A stretch of DNA of 56,095 bases, from assembly GCA_945888895.1 (NCBI GenBank), contig CAMDAY010000001.1:1-56095 (forward strand), written 5' to 3'. Shown here piece after piece: positions 9,417-18,229 of the stretch. Both the position numbers and the translations under genes were made by a program. The notes under the pieces are model-generated. The model did no database searches, was not told the origin of the DNA, and saw only the letters and a list, made by a program, of their open reading frames with translations. Numbering within the stretch: position 1 is the first letter of the stretch; each line of letters starts with the position of its first letter. This DNA comes from Dehalococcoides mccartyi (GTDB taxonomy: Bacteria; Chloroflexota; Dehalococcoidia; UBA2979).

Positions 9417-10342
9417 TCGCGTTCGATGATTTCGAGCAGCGCGGTCGCGACGCGCGCGCGTCCGTCGTCGCCGGTCATCATCGTGTCGCAGGCGGCGGCG
9501 TCCATGCCGAGTGCCTGCACGGCCGGCACGCAGTCCGCGTCGACATTGTCCACGACGAAGCAGTCGATGAGCCCCGCGTACAGACGCGCGATGCCGAGGG
9601 CGGACACGTCGTGCCCCAGCGCGCGCATCATGTCCGCCGCCGGGCCCTTGATCGCGGCGCCGCCGACGATCGGCGAAACGGCGAAGCGGCGCGCCTGTGT
9701 CCGCAGCACCGCATCGCGCACGCCGGGCACGGCGAACAGCGGATCGATCGAGACGAACGGATTGCTCGGCGCGAACACCAGCGCGTCGCAGTCCTCGATC
9801 GCCTCGATGACGCCGGGGGTGGGGCGCGTGTTCGAGGCGTTGGGGAACGTGAACCCGGTCACGGCGTCGGCGGCTCGGCGCTGCACGAAGTATGTCTGGA
9901 ACGGCAGGTCGCCGTCCGCGGTCTGCACGATGGTGGGGTGGGGGTCGTTCGACACCGGCAGCACCGTGACCTCGATTCCGCGCGCACGGGCGAGGTCGGC
10001 GGTTGCCTCGGCGAGCGTCATGCCGACGCGCAGGCGGGCGGTGCGGAACAGGTGCGTCGCCAGGTCCTGGTCGCCGATGCCGAACCACGCGTCGCCGCCG
10101 AGATCGCGGAGTGCTTCGAGCGTGGCGTGGGTGTCGCCACGCAGCCCCCAGCCGAACTCGCCCTCGAGGCCCGCGAGCGTGTAAATGACGCTGTCAATGT
10201 CAGGGGAGACGTGCAGGCCGTGCCATTCCAGGTCATCGCCGACGTTGCAGATGGCGGTGATCTGCGCGGGGTCGGTCACGGTGGCGAGCCCCGCGAGGAG
10301 TCGCGCGGCACCGATGCCGCCGGCGAGGACGGTCAGTCGCAT
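9413..10342 (-). CDS. cofD: 2-phospho-L-lactate transferase (CofD/FbiA)
   Basis: ATG at 10342 gives 309 aa: 'MRLTVLAGGIGAARLLAGL..ICNVGDD..HGLHVSPDIDSVIYTLAG'. The ORF-track extension to 11323 runs antisense to the next gene. Confidence 0.9.
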   Translation of the reverse strand: MRLTVLAGGIGAARLLAGLATVTDPAQITAICNVGDDLEWHGLHVSPDIDSVIYTLAGLEGEFGWGLRGDTHATLEALRDLGGDAWFGIGDQDLATHLFRTARLRVGMTLAEATADLARARGIEVTVLPVSNDPHPTIVQTADGDLPFQTYFVQRRAADAVTGFTFPNASNTRPTPGVIEAIEDCDALVFAPSNPFVSIDPLFAVPGVRDAVLRTQARRFAVSPIVGGAAIKGPAADMMRALGHDVSALGIARLYAGLIDCFVVDNVDADCVPAVQALGMDAAACDTMMTGDDGRARVATALLEIIERE

Positions 10343-10462
10343 CTGGAATCCCTCCGCCAGCCGCGCATCTGCGTGGCCCTCGCGGCATGGTAAGGCCTCG
10401 CTGCCGGGCGCTTTCGTGTAATTTCGAGCAGCCGTCGCCAGCGACCTGCGGAGGAGCCCGTC

Positions 10463-12253
10463 ATGACTACGCCGAACGACCAGATCATCGCATGGCTCGC
10501 CGACCTCGAAGGCGCGCTGTCTCGCCAGGACTGGGAGGGGGCCAGCGCGCTCTTCCTCGATGACTCGTATTGGCGCGACTTGACGGCGTTCACATGGAAC
10601 ATCAAGACGCTGGAGGGCCACGAAGCCATCCGCACGATGCTCGAGGCGCGTGGCGCGGAGACGGCCGCGGGTTCGTGGAGCCTCGAGGGTGACGCGACCG
10701 CCTCCGCGGACGGGGTCATCGAGGGGTGGGTCGCGTTCGAGACGGCGGTAGGGCGCGGCAAGGGCCACGTCCGCCTGCGCGATGGCGAGGCGTGGACGCT
10801 GCTCACCGCGCTGCGCGAGCTCAAGGGCTTTGAGGAGCAGCGCGACGCGGATCGTCCCTTCGGCGTGGAGCACGGTGCAATCCCGAGTCGCGTGACGTGG
10901 CTGGCGGCGCGAGAGCGCGAGCAGGCGGAATTGGGTACCTCGACGCAGCCGTTCGTGGTCATCGTCGGGGGAGGGCAGGGCGGTATCGGCCTCGGCGCGC
11001 GGCTGCGGCAACTTAACGTGCCGACCGTCATCATCGACCGTCTCCCACGCGCGGGGGACTCGTGGCGGAACCGCTACGACTCGCTGACGCTGCACGACCC
11101 GGTGTGGGCCGACCATATGCCGTACATCCCGTTTCCCGCGCACTGGCCCGTTTATACGTCCAAGGACAAGATGGGCGACTGGCTCGAGGCCTACGTGAGC
11201 CTGATGGAGCTGAACTACTGGACAAGCACCTCGTGCCAGCGCGCGTTGTACGACGAGGCTGTCGGCACGTGGACCGTGGAGGTCGAGCGGGACGGCGTGC
11301 CGCTGACGCTGCATCCCTCGCACCTCGTGCTGGCGACGGGCATGTCAGGGATGCCGAACATGCCGGCGATCCCCGGTGCCGACGTGTTCGACGGCGACCT
11401 GTACCACTCGAGCCGCTACCGCAGCGGAGAAGCGTACCGCGGCAAGCACGCGGTGGTCCTCGGCTCGAACAACTCCGCGCACGACGTCGCGCAGGACCTG
11501 TGGGAGTACGGCGTCGGGAGTGCCACGATGATCCAGCGATCCTCGACGACCGTGGTGCGGCGCGGGCGCATCCGCGGCGGCGTCGGGAACTACTCGGAGG
11601 GGGCGGTCGCCTCCGGGCTGACAACGGACCGCGCTGACCTGCTCGCGGCGGCGATGCCGCAGCGCCTTGCGCCGGCCGTGCAGGCCGCGGTGACCCGCAA
11701 GATGCGCGAGGACGACGCGGAGTACTACGCGCGCATCGAGGCGGCCGGGTTCCTTCTCGACTTCGGCGAGGACGATACGGGCGTGGCGCTGAAGTACCAG
11801 CGCCGCGGCTCCGGTTACTACATCGACGTGGGTGCGAGCGAGCTGGTCGTGAACGGCGGGATCAAGCTGCGGACGCGCGTCGGCATCGACCGGCTCACGC
11901 CTCGGTCGGTCGTGCTGACGGACGGCGAGGAGCTCCCGGCCGACCTCGTGGTCTGCGCGACGGGGTACGGGTCGATGAACGGCTGGGCGGCGCAGCTGAT
12001 CTCGCAGGAGGTCGCCGACCGCGTCGGGAAGGTGTGGGGCCTCGGTTCCGACACGGCGTACGACCCCGGCCCGTGGGAGGGCGAGCAGCGCAACATGTGG
12101 AAGCCGACGCAGCAGCCCGGCCTCTGGTTCCACGGCGGAAACCTCGCGCAGTCGCGGCACTACTCGCTGTACCTGGCGTTGCAGCTGAAGGCGCGGCTCG
12201 AGGGCATCCCGACGCCCGTCTACGAGCTGCAGCCTTCGTACCACCTCTCGTAG
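10463..12253 (+). CDS. flavin-containing monooxygenase-type NAD(P)/FAD oxidoreductase with N-terminal extra domain
   Basis: 596-aa ORF. It has 'VVIVGGGQGGIGLGARL' (FAD), 'DSWRNRYDSLTLHDP', 'AVVLGSNNSAHD' (NADPH) and 'VVCATGY'. The first ~150 aa form an additional domain. Confidence 0.8.
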   Translation: MTTPNDQIIAWLADLEGALSRQDWEGASALFLDDSYWRDLTAFTWNIKTLEGHEAIRTMLEARGAETAAGSWSLEGDATASADGVIEGWVAFETAVGRGKGHVRLRDGEAWTLLTALRELKGFEEQRDADRPFGVEHGAIPSRVTWLAAREREQAELGTSTQPFVVIVGGGQGGIGLGARLRQLNVPTVIIDRLPRAGDSWRNRYDSLTLHDPVWADHMPYIPFPAHWPVYTSKDKMGDWLEAYVSLMELNYWTSTSCQRALYDEAVGTWTVEVERDGVPLTLHPSHLVLATGMSGMPNMPAIPGADVFDGDLYHSSRYRSGEAYRGKHAVVLGSNNSAHDVAQDLWEYGVGSATMIQRSSTTVVRRGRIRGGVGNYSEGAVASGLTTDRADLLAAAMPQRLAPAVQAAVTRKMREDDAEYYARIEAAGFLLDFGEDDTGVALKYQRRGSGYYIDVGASELVVNGGIKLRTRVGIDRLTPRSVVLTDGEELPADLVVCATGYGSMNGWAAQLISQEVADRVGKVWGLGSDTAYDPGPWEGEQRNMWKPTQQPGLWFHGGNLAQSRHYSLYLALQLKARLEGIPTPVYELQPSYHLS

Positions 12254-12313
12254 CGCGGGGAGCCGCGGATCGGGCGCGAGCCGGAACGAGAGTGGCGTCG
12301 AGGTGGCGGCGCG

Positions 12314-12404
12314 GGGCGGCCCACCCCTACCCCTCCCGGCGCGGGAGGGGTGAGAAAAGAGAGAACCAACCGTGAGGAGCTGCGCCCCTCACACTCCCGG
12401 CGGA
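12314..12404 (+). repeat. ~90-bp composite repeat, family 2, copy 1
   Basis: Sequence is gggcggcccacccc..cccctcccggcgcgggagggg..agagaaccaa..GTGAGGAGCTGCGCCCCTCACACTCCCGGCGGA. The last 33 nt are identical in all three copies (12314, 14858, 37191). Confidence 0.9.
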
Positions 12405-12513
12405 ACTCTATGTGGGCGCGTGGCGTTGGCGCGAGTGATTCGCACCGCCCATCACAGATGCATCACCACGCGGCACCTCGACGATGCCGTGCGCCTCGCC
12501 CGCATCGGAGCCG

Positions 12514-12557
12514 GAACCCTCACCCTACCCTCTCCCCCTCAAAGGGGGCGAGGGTTC
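12514..12557 (+). repeat. GC-rich hairpin repeat, family 3
   Basis: Sequence is GAACCCTCaccctaccctctCCCCCtcaaaGGGGGcGAGGGTTC. An inverted, related copy lies at 20797-20836. Confidence 0.75.
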
Positions 12558-12625
12558 TGACGATCACCGTGCGACTGGACTAGCATCACGGCCGAGATGC
12601 ACTCGGGACTGCCCGAGGACGCTTT

Positions 12626-13723
12626 GTGCAGTTCGAGGGGGACCGGATGCTGGATGTCGTGAGCAACGAGGAGATCATCCAGGAGGCGCGCCGCCGGCTT
12701 CTGCAGGGGCCGTGGGACTACCTCGTCGGGGGGTCGGAGTCGGAGACGACGCTCCGTCGGAACCGGCAGGCGTTCGACCGCATCGCGTTCCGTCCGAGGA
12801 TCCTCGTGGACGTGTCGGAGATCGACCCGTCGACCACGTTCATGGGACACGCACTGCGCATCCCCGCGATCCTCGCGCCGATCGGCGGGATGCAGGCGCT
12901 GCATCCCGAGGGCGCGGCTGCGGGTGCGAAGGGCGCGGGCGACTTCGGCATCATGCAGACCGTGAGCTCAGTCACCCAGCCGGCGCTCGAGGTGACCGCC
13001 GCCGCAGGCAGCGGCGCGAAGATCTTCCAGCTCTACGTGAACGGCGATGAGCAGTGGACGCGCGACATCCTCGCGCGGGTGAAGGTCGCGGGGTACACCG
13101 AGTTGGCGCTCACCGTCGACGTGGCGCGCGGCAGCCGGCGCGAGCGCCCGATGGTCACGCGCTACGCGCGCGCCGCTTCGCCGACGACGGGCGACCGCGA
13201 CTTCCGCGCCGCGCTGACGTGGGACACGATGGACATGATCCGCGAGATCGGCGGACTACCGTTCATCCTGAAGGGCGTCCAGACCGCCGAGGATGCCGAG
13301 ATCGCTGTGCAGCACGGGGTGGACGCGATCTGGGTCTCGAACCACGGTGGTCGTCAGATCGACCACGGACTGGGCAGCATGGACACGCTGCCCGAGATCG
13401 TCGCCGCCGTGAACGGCCGCGCAAGGATCATCGTGGACGGTGGCGTGCAGCGCGGCACCGACATCCTGAAGGCGCTCGCGCTGGGCGCGGACGTAGTGGC
13501 ACTCGGGCGGCTGCAGGGCTGGGGCCTCGCGGCGGACGGTGCCAACGGCATCGTGCGGATGCTCGAGATCCTCGAGGACGAGTTGATCTCGGCGATGGGA
13601 CTCATCGGCATCACGAAGATCGACCAACTCACGGCACGGCACGTGTGCAAAACGGACGCGATCGTGACGCCCGCGCACGAGATGAGCAGCTGGGTGAACA
13701 TGGGCATCGATCGGATCAAGTAG
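12626..13723 (+). CDS. FMN-dependent alpha-hydroxy-acid oxidase/dehydrogenase (LldD / glycolate oxidase family)
   Basis: 365-aa ORF with 'RNRQAFDRIAFRPRILVDVS', 'ILKGV' and 'IWVSNHGGRQIDHG', the family active-site motifs. The start is uncertain: GTG at 12626 or ATG at 12647. Confidence 0.9.
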   Translation: MQFEGDRMLDVVSNEEIIQEARRRLLQGPWDYLVGGSESETTLRRNRQAFDRIAFRPRILVDVSEIDPSTTFMGHALRIPAILAPIGGMQALHPEGAAAGAKGAGDFGIMQTVSSVTQPALEVTAAAGSGAKIFQLYVNGDEQWTRDILARVKVAGYTELALTVDVARGSRRERPMVTRYARAASPTTGDRDFRAALTWDTMDMIREIGGLPFILKGVQTAEDAEIAVQHGVDAIWVSNHGGRQIDHGLGSMDTLPEIVAAVNGRARIIVDGGVQRGTDILKALALGADVVALGRLQGWGLAADGANGIVRMLEILEDELISAMGLIGITKIDQLTARHVCKTDAIVTPAHEMSSWVNMGIDRIK

Positions 13724-13767
13724 TCGCACGCCTCGACGCCCGCACGGGCGGGAACAGGTCGGACAGC

Positions 13768-13803
13768 CCACCCCAACCCTCCCCCGTGAAGGGGGAGGGA
13801 GCC
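13768..13803. repeat. GC-rich hairpin repeat, family 1
   Basis: Sequence is cCCACCCCAACCCTCCCCCgtgaaGGGGGAGGGagcc. It lies between the stop at 13723 and the start at 13842. Confidence 0.85.
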
Positions 13804-13841
13804 GGAATCGCAGAGCTCGCGCGATCATCGAGGAGCCACAG

Positions 13842-14789
13842 ATGGTGCAGATCGGCAGCGCGCCGTTCACGTACGACGCGCGCAATGACTGGGAGCAGAT
13901 GCCCGCGGGCATGAGACTGCACGAGACGCCGGGCGTCGCGGTGAGCGCGGACGACACCGTGTACCTGCTGACGAGGAACGTCGACAACCCGATGGTCGTG
14001 TTCGACCGCGAGGGGAACTTCCTGCGGACGTTCGGGCAGGGCGTGTTCACGAACCGCGCGCACGCGGTGCGGGTCGCCTCGGACGGGCTGCTGTACTGCG
14101 CGGACGACGGGTCACACACGATCACGAAGTGGACGCCTCAGGGCGAGCTGCTGCTGACGATCGGCACGCCGGGCGTGTCGTCCGGCAAATTCAGCGGCCT
14201 CCCGTTCAACCGCCCGACCGATGTCGCCGTGTCGCCCATCGACGGCGCGCTGTACATCAGCGACGGCTACGGCAACGCACGCATCCACAAGTACTCGCCC
14301 GAGGGCAACTTGCTGCTGTCCTGGGGCGAGCCGGGCATCGGCGCGGGGCAGTTCATGGTGCCGCACAACATCGCGTTCAACCCGAGCGGTGACCTCCTCT
14401 ACGTCGCGGACCGCGAGGCGCACCGCGTGCAGGTGTTCGATACGACCGGCCGGCACATCGTGACGTGGCACGACATCCACCGCCCGTGCGGGCTCGCGGT
14501 GGGACCTGATGGGAACGTGTACGTGGGCGAGCAGCGCACCGGGACGTTCATGGAAGGTTCGCTGAACCTGGGCCACGCAGTGAGCGTGTTCTCGCCGGAT
14601 GGCAGGCTGTTCGCGCGCCTCGGAGCGCCCGAGGAGGGCGAGGGGCCTGGCCAGTTCATCGCGCCGCACAGCATTGCGGTGGACTCGAGCGGGAGCGTGT
14701 ACGTCGGCGAGGTGTCGTGGACGGAGGCGGGGCGCCACCTCGACCCGCCGCGTGATCTGAAGAGCGTGAAGAAGCTGGTGCATCTGTAG
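13842..14789 (+). CDS. NHL-repeat six-bladed beta-propeller, peptidylamidoglycolate-lyase (PAL)-like
   Basis: 315-aa ORF with repeated '..P.GVAV..DG.VYV.D..NHRV..F' blades, e.g. 'RPTDVAVSPIDGALYISDGYGNARIHKY' and 'LYVADREAHRVQVFD'. It is a paralogue of 42836..43927. Confidence 0.7.
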   Translation: MVQIGSAPFTYDARNDWEQMPAGMRLHETPGVAVSADDTVYLLTRNVDNPMVVFDREGNFLRTFGQGVFTNRAHAVRVASDGLLYCADDGSHTITKWTPQGELLLTIGTPGVSSGKFSGLPFNRPTDVAVSPIDGALYISDGYGNARIHKYSPEGNLLLSWGEPGIGAGQFMVPHNIAFNPSGDLLYVADREAHRVQVFDTTGRHIVTWHDIHRPCGLAVGPDGNVYVGEQRTGTFMEGSLNLGHAVSVFSPDGRLFARLGAPEEGEGPGQFIAPHSIAVDSSGSVYVGEVSWTEAGRHLDPPRDLKSVKKLVHL

Positions 14790-14857
14790 CGCTTCCGCGC
14801 TTGGGGGACCGGGCGTGACGCTGCATGTGCCTCGACGGGTCTCGAGGCGGCAGCGCA

Positions 14858-14948
14858 GGGCGGCCCACCCCCTTTCCTCCCGGCGCGGGAGGGGTGAAAG
14901 AGAAGAGAACCAAGTGTGAGGAGCTGCGCCCCTCACACTCCCGGCGGA
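14858..14948 (+). repeat. ~90-bp composite repeat, family 2, copy 2
   Basis: Aligns base-for-base with 12314-12404 and 37191-37283 at roughly 85-90% identity by eye, with an identical 33-mer at the 3' end. Confidence 0.9.
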
Positions 14949-15062
14949 GTGGGTAAAGGTAACGGGGCGATTTGCTGCAATTGGTACAACGAGAGCGGTC
15001 CCGATCCGAGGTGCGGTCAGCCTCATCGATCGCGCGTACTCGACAGCCCATGTGAACACGAA

Positions 15063-15088
15063 GAAGGCCCGCCGATCGGCGGGCCTTC
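15063..15088 (-). terminator. rho-independent-type terminator hairpin downstream of the FKBP gene
   Basis: GAAGGCCCGCC-gatc-GGCGGGCCTTC is an 11-bp perfect stem 24 nt after the stop at 15112. On the minus strand it is followed by ttcttcgtgtt. Confidence 0.7.
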
Positions 15089-15111
15089 GCGTGTGCGCGT
15101 CGAGATGACGC

Positions 15112-15453
15112 TTACTTGATGGCGATCAGCTCGATTTCGAAGATGAGGTCGGCGTTCGGGGGGATGGGGCCGCCGCCGCCGGGGCCGTATCCGATGTCGG
15201 AGGGGATGAAGACGGTGCGCTTGCCGCCGACCTTCATCGTGGAGAGGCCCTCGGAGAAGCCCTTGATGACCGCATTCATGGGGAACGTGATGGGCGTGCC
15301 GCCGACGGAGCTGTCGAACTGCTTGCCGCCCGCCGCCAGCTTGCCCGTGTAGTGCACGGTGACCTGCTGGTCCATGCGCGGGGAGTCACCCTCGCCGACG
15401 ACCTCGTCGACGTACTCCAGCCCGCTGTCCGTCTTCGTCCCGCCTTCGAGCAT
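15112..15453 (-). CDS. FKBP-type peptidyl-prolyl cis-trans isomerase
   Basis: 113-aa ORF: 'VTVHYTGKL..GKQFDSS..PITFPMNAVIKGFSEGL..MKVGGKRTVFIPSDIGYG..IPPNADLIFEIELI'. Confidence 0.92.
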   Translation of the reverse strand: MLEGGTKTDSGLEYVDEVVGEGDSPRMDQQVTVHYTGKLAAGGKQFDSSVGGTPITFPMNAVIKGFSEGLSTMKVGGKRTVFIPSDIGYGPGGGGPIPPNADLIFEIELIAIK

Positions 15454-15692
15454 CTGTCCGTCCTTCTCATTCCGGCATCCCGGTCGGGGGCGCCCTCGTT
15501 GGTCTGTCGCCAGTGTAGCCGGAGGCGTCCTGACATCGAGCCGCAGTCATCGCGTAATGACGAGGCAACGCGTGCGCAGCCTGCCGTTCCTCAGGAGCTC
15601 ATCAGAGGATCACCGAGGCGTCACGTCGACCTCGTAGCGTCGCTGGTACCGCCCGCACTTCGAGGCGCGACGCACGAGAGGACTCCACGACG

Positions 15693-17241
15693 ATGCTGGA
15701 AACGATGGACAAGCTGGCCACGGGCGCCGGATCGACGCACTTCGACCTCACGACGGCGAGCATCGCCGACATCAACGCGGCGTTCGATGCGGGCGCGCTG
15801 ACCTCAGAGCAGCTCGTGCAGATCTACCTCGACCGGATCGAGGCGTACGACGAGGCCGGGCCGAAGATCAACGCCGTGCTCGCGCTGAACGGCATGGCGC
15901 TGGAGACGGCGCGTGCCCTCGACGCCGAGCGCAAGGCGAGCGGCCCGCGCTCCCCGTTGCATGGCATCCCGGTGATCCTCAAGGACGTGTTCGACACCGC
16001 CGACATGCCGACGACCGGTGGCTACACGCCGCTGAAGGATGTGCACCCGACGAAGGACTGCACGATCGTCGAGCGACTGCGCAACGCAGGCGCGATCATG
16101 CTCGCGAAGGTGAACCTGAGTGACTGGTTCGGGAACCCGGACACGATGGCGAGCAGCACGCTGGGCGGCTCGACGCTCAACCCGTTCGCCCTCGACCGCA
16201 CGCCCGGCTGGTCCAGCGCCGGCACCGGCGCCGGGCTCGCGGCGCACTTCGGGACGGTCGGCCTCGGCAGCGAGACGGGCTTCTCGATCCGCACCCCCAC
16301 GAGCGACAGCAACCTGTTCGGCCTGTCCACGACCTCGGGCCTGATCAGCCGCGCGGGTCAGATGTGGTCCTACATGACCGGTGAGCGCGGCGGCCCGATG
16401 GCGCACAGCGTGTATGACCTGGCGGCGACCCTCGACATCATCGCGGGCTTCGACAGCGACGACCTGTGGACGGCGAACAGCCTCGGCAAGATGCCGATGG
16501 AGTCGTACGTGAGCTTCATCAACCCTGACGGGTTGAAGGGCGCGCGCGTCGGCGTGCTCAAGGAAGCCTGGGACTTCTCGCCCGTCGACCCGGCGGTGAT
16601 CGAGATGGCGAAGCAGGCGATCGGCGTGTTCTCCGAGAACGGCGCAGTGGTGATCGAGCCGGTCTCGCTGGGCATCGACCTGCCGGGGTACCTCGCCAAC
16701 AACGGCTTCCCGGCGCGCTTCGAGCGGGTCGCCTGTGCAGCAGTACCTCTCGCGCCACGGCGCCGAGTACCCGTTCAAGACGGCGGAGGCGCTGCTTTTG
16801 GACCACGAGGGCGTGCCGGAGCGCCCGGCCGATCGTGAGCAGATCGAGACCCCGGTCGACCTCGACCGGGACCCGAAGTACCGCGCCTCGCTCGAGGGCA
16901 AGGTGCGGCTTCGCGAGGCGGTCGTGGCGCTGATGGACAAGTACGGCCTCGACGCGTTGATCTACCCGCACAAGCTCCACGGTCCGCTGCCGATCGGCCC
17001 GAAAGACGACGAGGTGCGTGCGTACAAGCCGAACCAGATGAGCCCGCTCACGGGGATGCCCGCGTTCATCGTGCCGATGGGGTTCACGCCCGAGGGGCTG
17101 CCCGTCGGGCTCGAGATCCTCGGCCGTCCGTGGAGCGAGCCGACACTGATCAAGCTGGCGAGCGGCTTCGAAGCCGTGACAAACAACCGCCGCGTCCCGG
17201 CGAGCACGCCGCCGCTGCCCGGCGAGAGCTTCGACTACTAG
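15693..17241 (+). pseudogene. amidase-signature family amidase split by a frameshift near 16700-16735
   Basis: Frame 3 (15693..16838) has 'PLHGIPVILKDVFD' and 'GWSSAGTGAGLAAHFGTVGLGSETGFSIRTP'. Its tail turns Arg/Pro/Gly-rich after ~16730. Frame 1 (open through 16735..17241) supplies the normal C-terminus 'GMPAFIVPMGFTPEGLPVGLEILGRPWSE'. Confidence 0.75.
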
Positions 17242-17265
17242 CCGGATCTCTCAGCGCCTGGCTCC

Positions 17266-17303
17266 CACATGAAGCAGCCCCCGCAAGCGGGCTGCTTCAT
17301 GTG
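17266..17303. terminator. bidirectional terminator hairpin between convergent genes
   Basis: In cacatgaagcagcccccgcaagcgggctgcttcatgtg, the arms CACATGAAGCAGCCC and GGGCTGCTTCATGTG pair perfectly. The hairpin lies between the stops at 17241 and 17328. Confidence 0.75.
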
Positions 17304-17327
17304 TCCATGATGTGGGCGTGTTTCGCC

Positions 17328-18173
17328 TTAGCGCGGTTCGAGGCCCCAGTTGATCGCGTTGCGGAGCAACTGGATGTACGCCTGCTTCTCCCATGAGCCA
17401 CGGACGGTCGGCGGGGTGATGCCACCCGGCGCGACGCTCTCATCGACGATCGACTGCGGCTGCGTGGTCGGCGCGTGGTTGTGGCCGAGGGCGAAGTAGC
17501 AGACCGCGCCGAGCCCGCTCTCTTTCACGTAGCCGAGGATGTAGGTCTCGCCGTCCGGTAGGAGCGCGGTGTCCTCGTCGTAGACGAAGCCGAAGCCGGG
17601 CGGGGTCTTGTCCGGGCCGAGGCGTGCGGTGAGCAGCGGCTTCGCGCCGGGGAACACCTCGACCTGGTAGGGCTCGTCGATCGTCTCGAACACGGTGGGC
17701 ACGCCCGCGGTGATCGGGTGCGTCGTGTCGACGACGTCGACGTCGAAGCGGCGCAGCGGCGCGTGGTTGATGAAGAATCCGCCGAGGACGTCGTGGTACG
17801 GGGAGCGCAGCACACGCCGCCTCGGCTTACCGGATAGGCTCAGCATGTCGGGGACCCGCCGAGCGCGACCGCCGCTGCTGCCGTGCAGCGCGAGCCACCG
17901 CCCGCCCTTCGTGATCCAGTCCTCGAGGACGCCGAGCTGTCCCTCGTCGGGGAGCGGGCCAGCGGTGTAGGTGATCAGCAACTCGCATCCGGGCAGCCAC
18001 TTCTCGATGTCCTCGAAGTCGCCGGCGATCGTGCTGTGGATGTGCTCACGCTCGCCGAGGATGTTGAGCAGGCGCAGCCGCGCGTAGTCATGGTCGTGCG
18101 CAGCGGGGTTACCGACGGGGTAGCCGCCGACGATCAGGTGGACTCGATGACTCGTCGGTTCCGCAGTGACCAT
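17328..18173 (-). CDS. ThuA-like (type-1 glutamine-amidotransferase fold) protein
   Basis: ATG at 18173 follows GGGAGG and gives 281 aa: 'HRVHLIVGGYP..HDHDYARLRLL..ELLITYTAG..WITKGGRWLALHGSS'. The upstream ORF-track extension is Arg-rich. Confidence 0.6.
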   Translation of the reverse strand: MVTAEPTSHRVHLIVGGYPVGNPAAHDHDYARLRLLNILGEREHIHSTIAGDFEDIEKWLPGCELLITYTAGPLPDEGQLGVLEDWITKGGRWLALHGSSGGRARRVPDMLSLSGKPRRRVLRSPYHDVLGGFFINHAPLRRFDVDVVDTTHPITAGVPTVFETIDEPYQVEVFPGAKPLLTARLGPDKTPPGFGFVYDEDTALLPDGETYILGYVKESGLGAVCYFALGHNHAPTTQPQSIVDESVAPGGITPPTVRGSWEKQAYIQLLRNAINWGLEPR

Positions 18174-18229
18174 GCCAGCCTCCCGTGCTTCCGCGCGGAG
18201 TATGCCAGATCGTGTGGCGTCCGACCGCG

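Noticed and set aside
9413-11323. Long 5' extensions of several ORF-track ORFs: 8730..10088, 9413..11323, 17328..18758, 19415..21148, 20947..22743, 26545..28359, 31483..32586, 35311..37128, 44346..46067, 45421..46368 and 52575..54884.
   Set aside because: The extended parts are Arg/Pro/Gly/His-rich with no family motifs. They often run antisense through a neighbouring real gene. Internal starts with SD sequences or ATGA/GTGA coupling give proteins of normal family length. This is open-frame persistence typical of high-GC DNA.
12372-15119. Recurrent small ORFs starting 'MRSCAPHTPGG' (12372..12560, 14916..15119, and the tail of 36804..37343), and 'PSP..GEG'-type peptides.
   Set aside because: They are translations of the family-2 and family-1 DNA repeats. 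Conservation is at the nucleotide and hairpin level, and the flanking parts of each ORF are unrelated.
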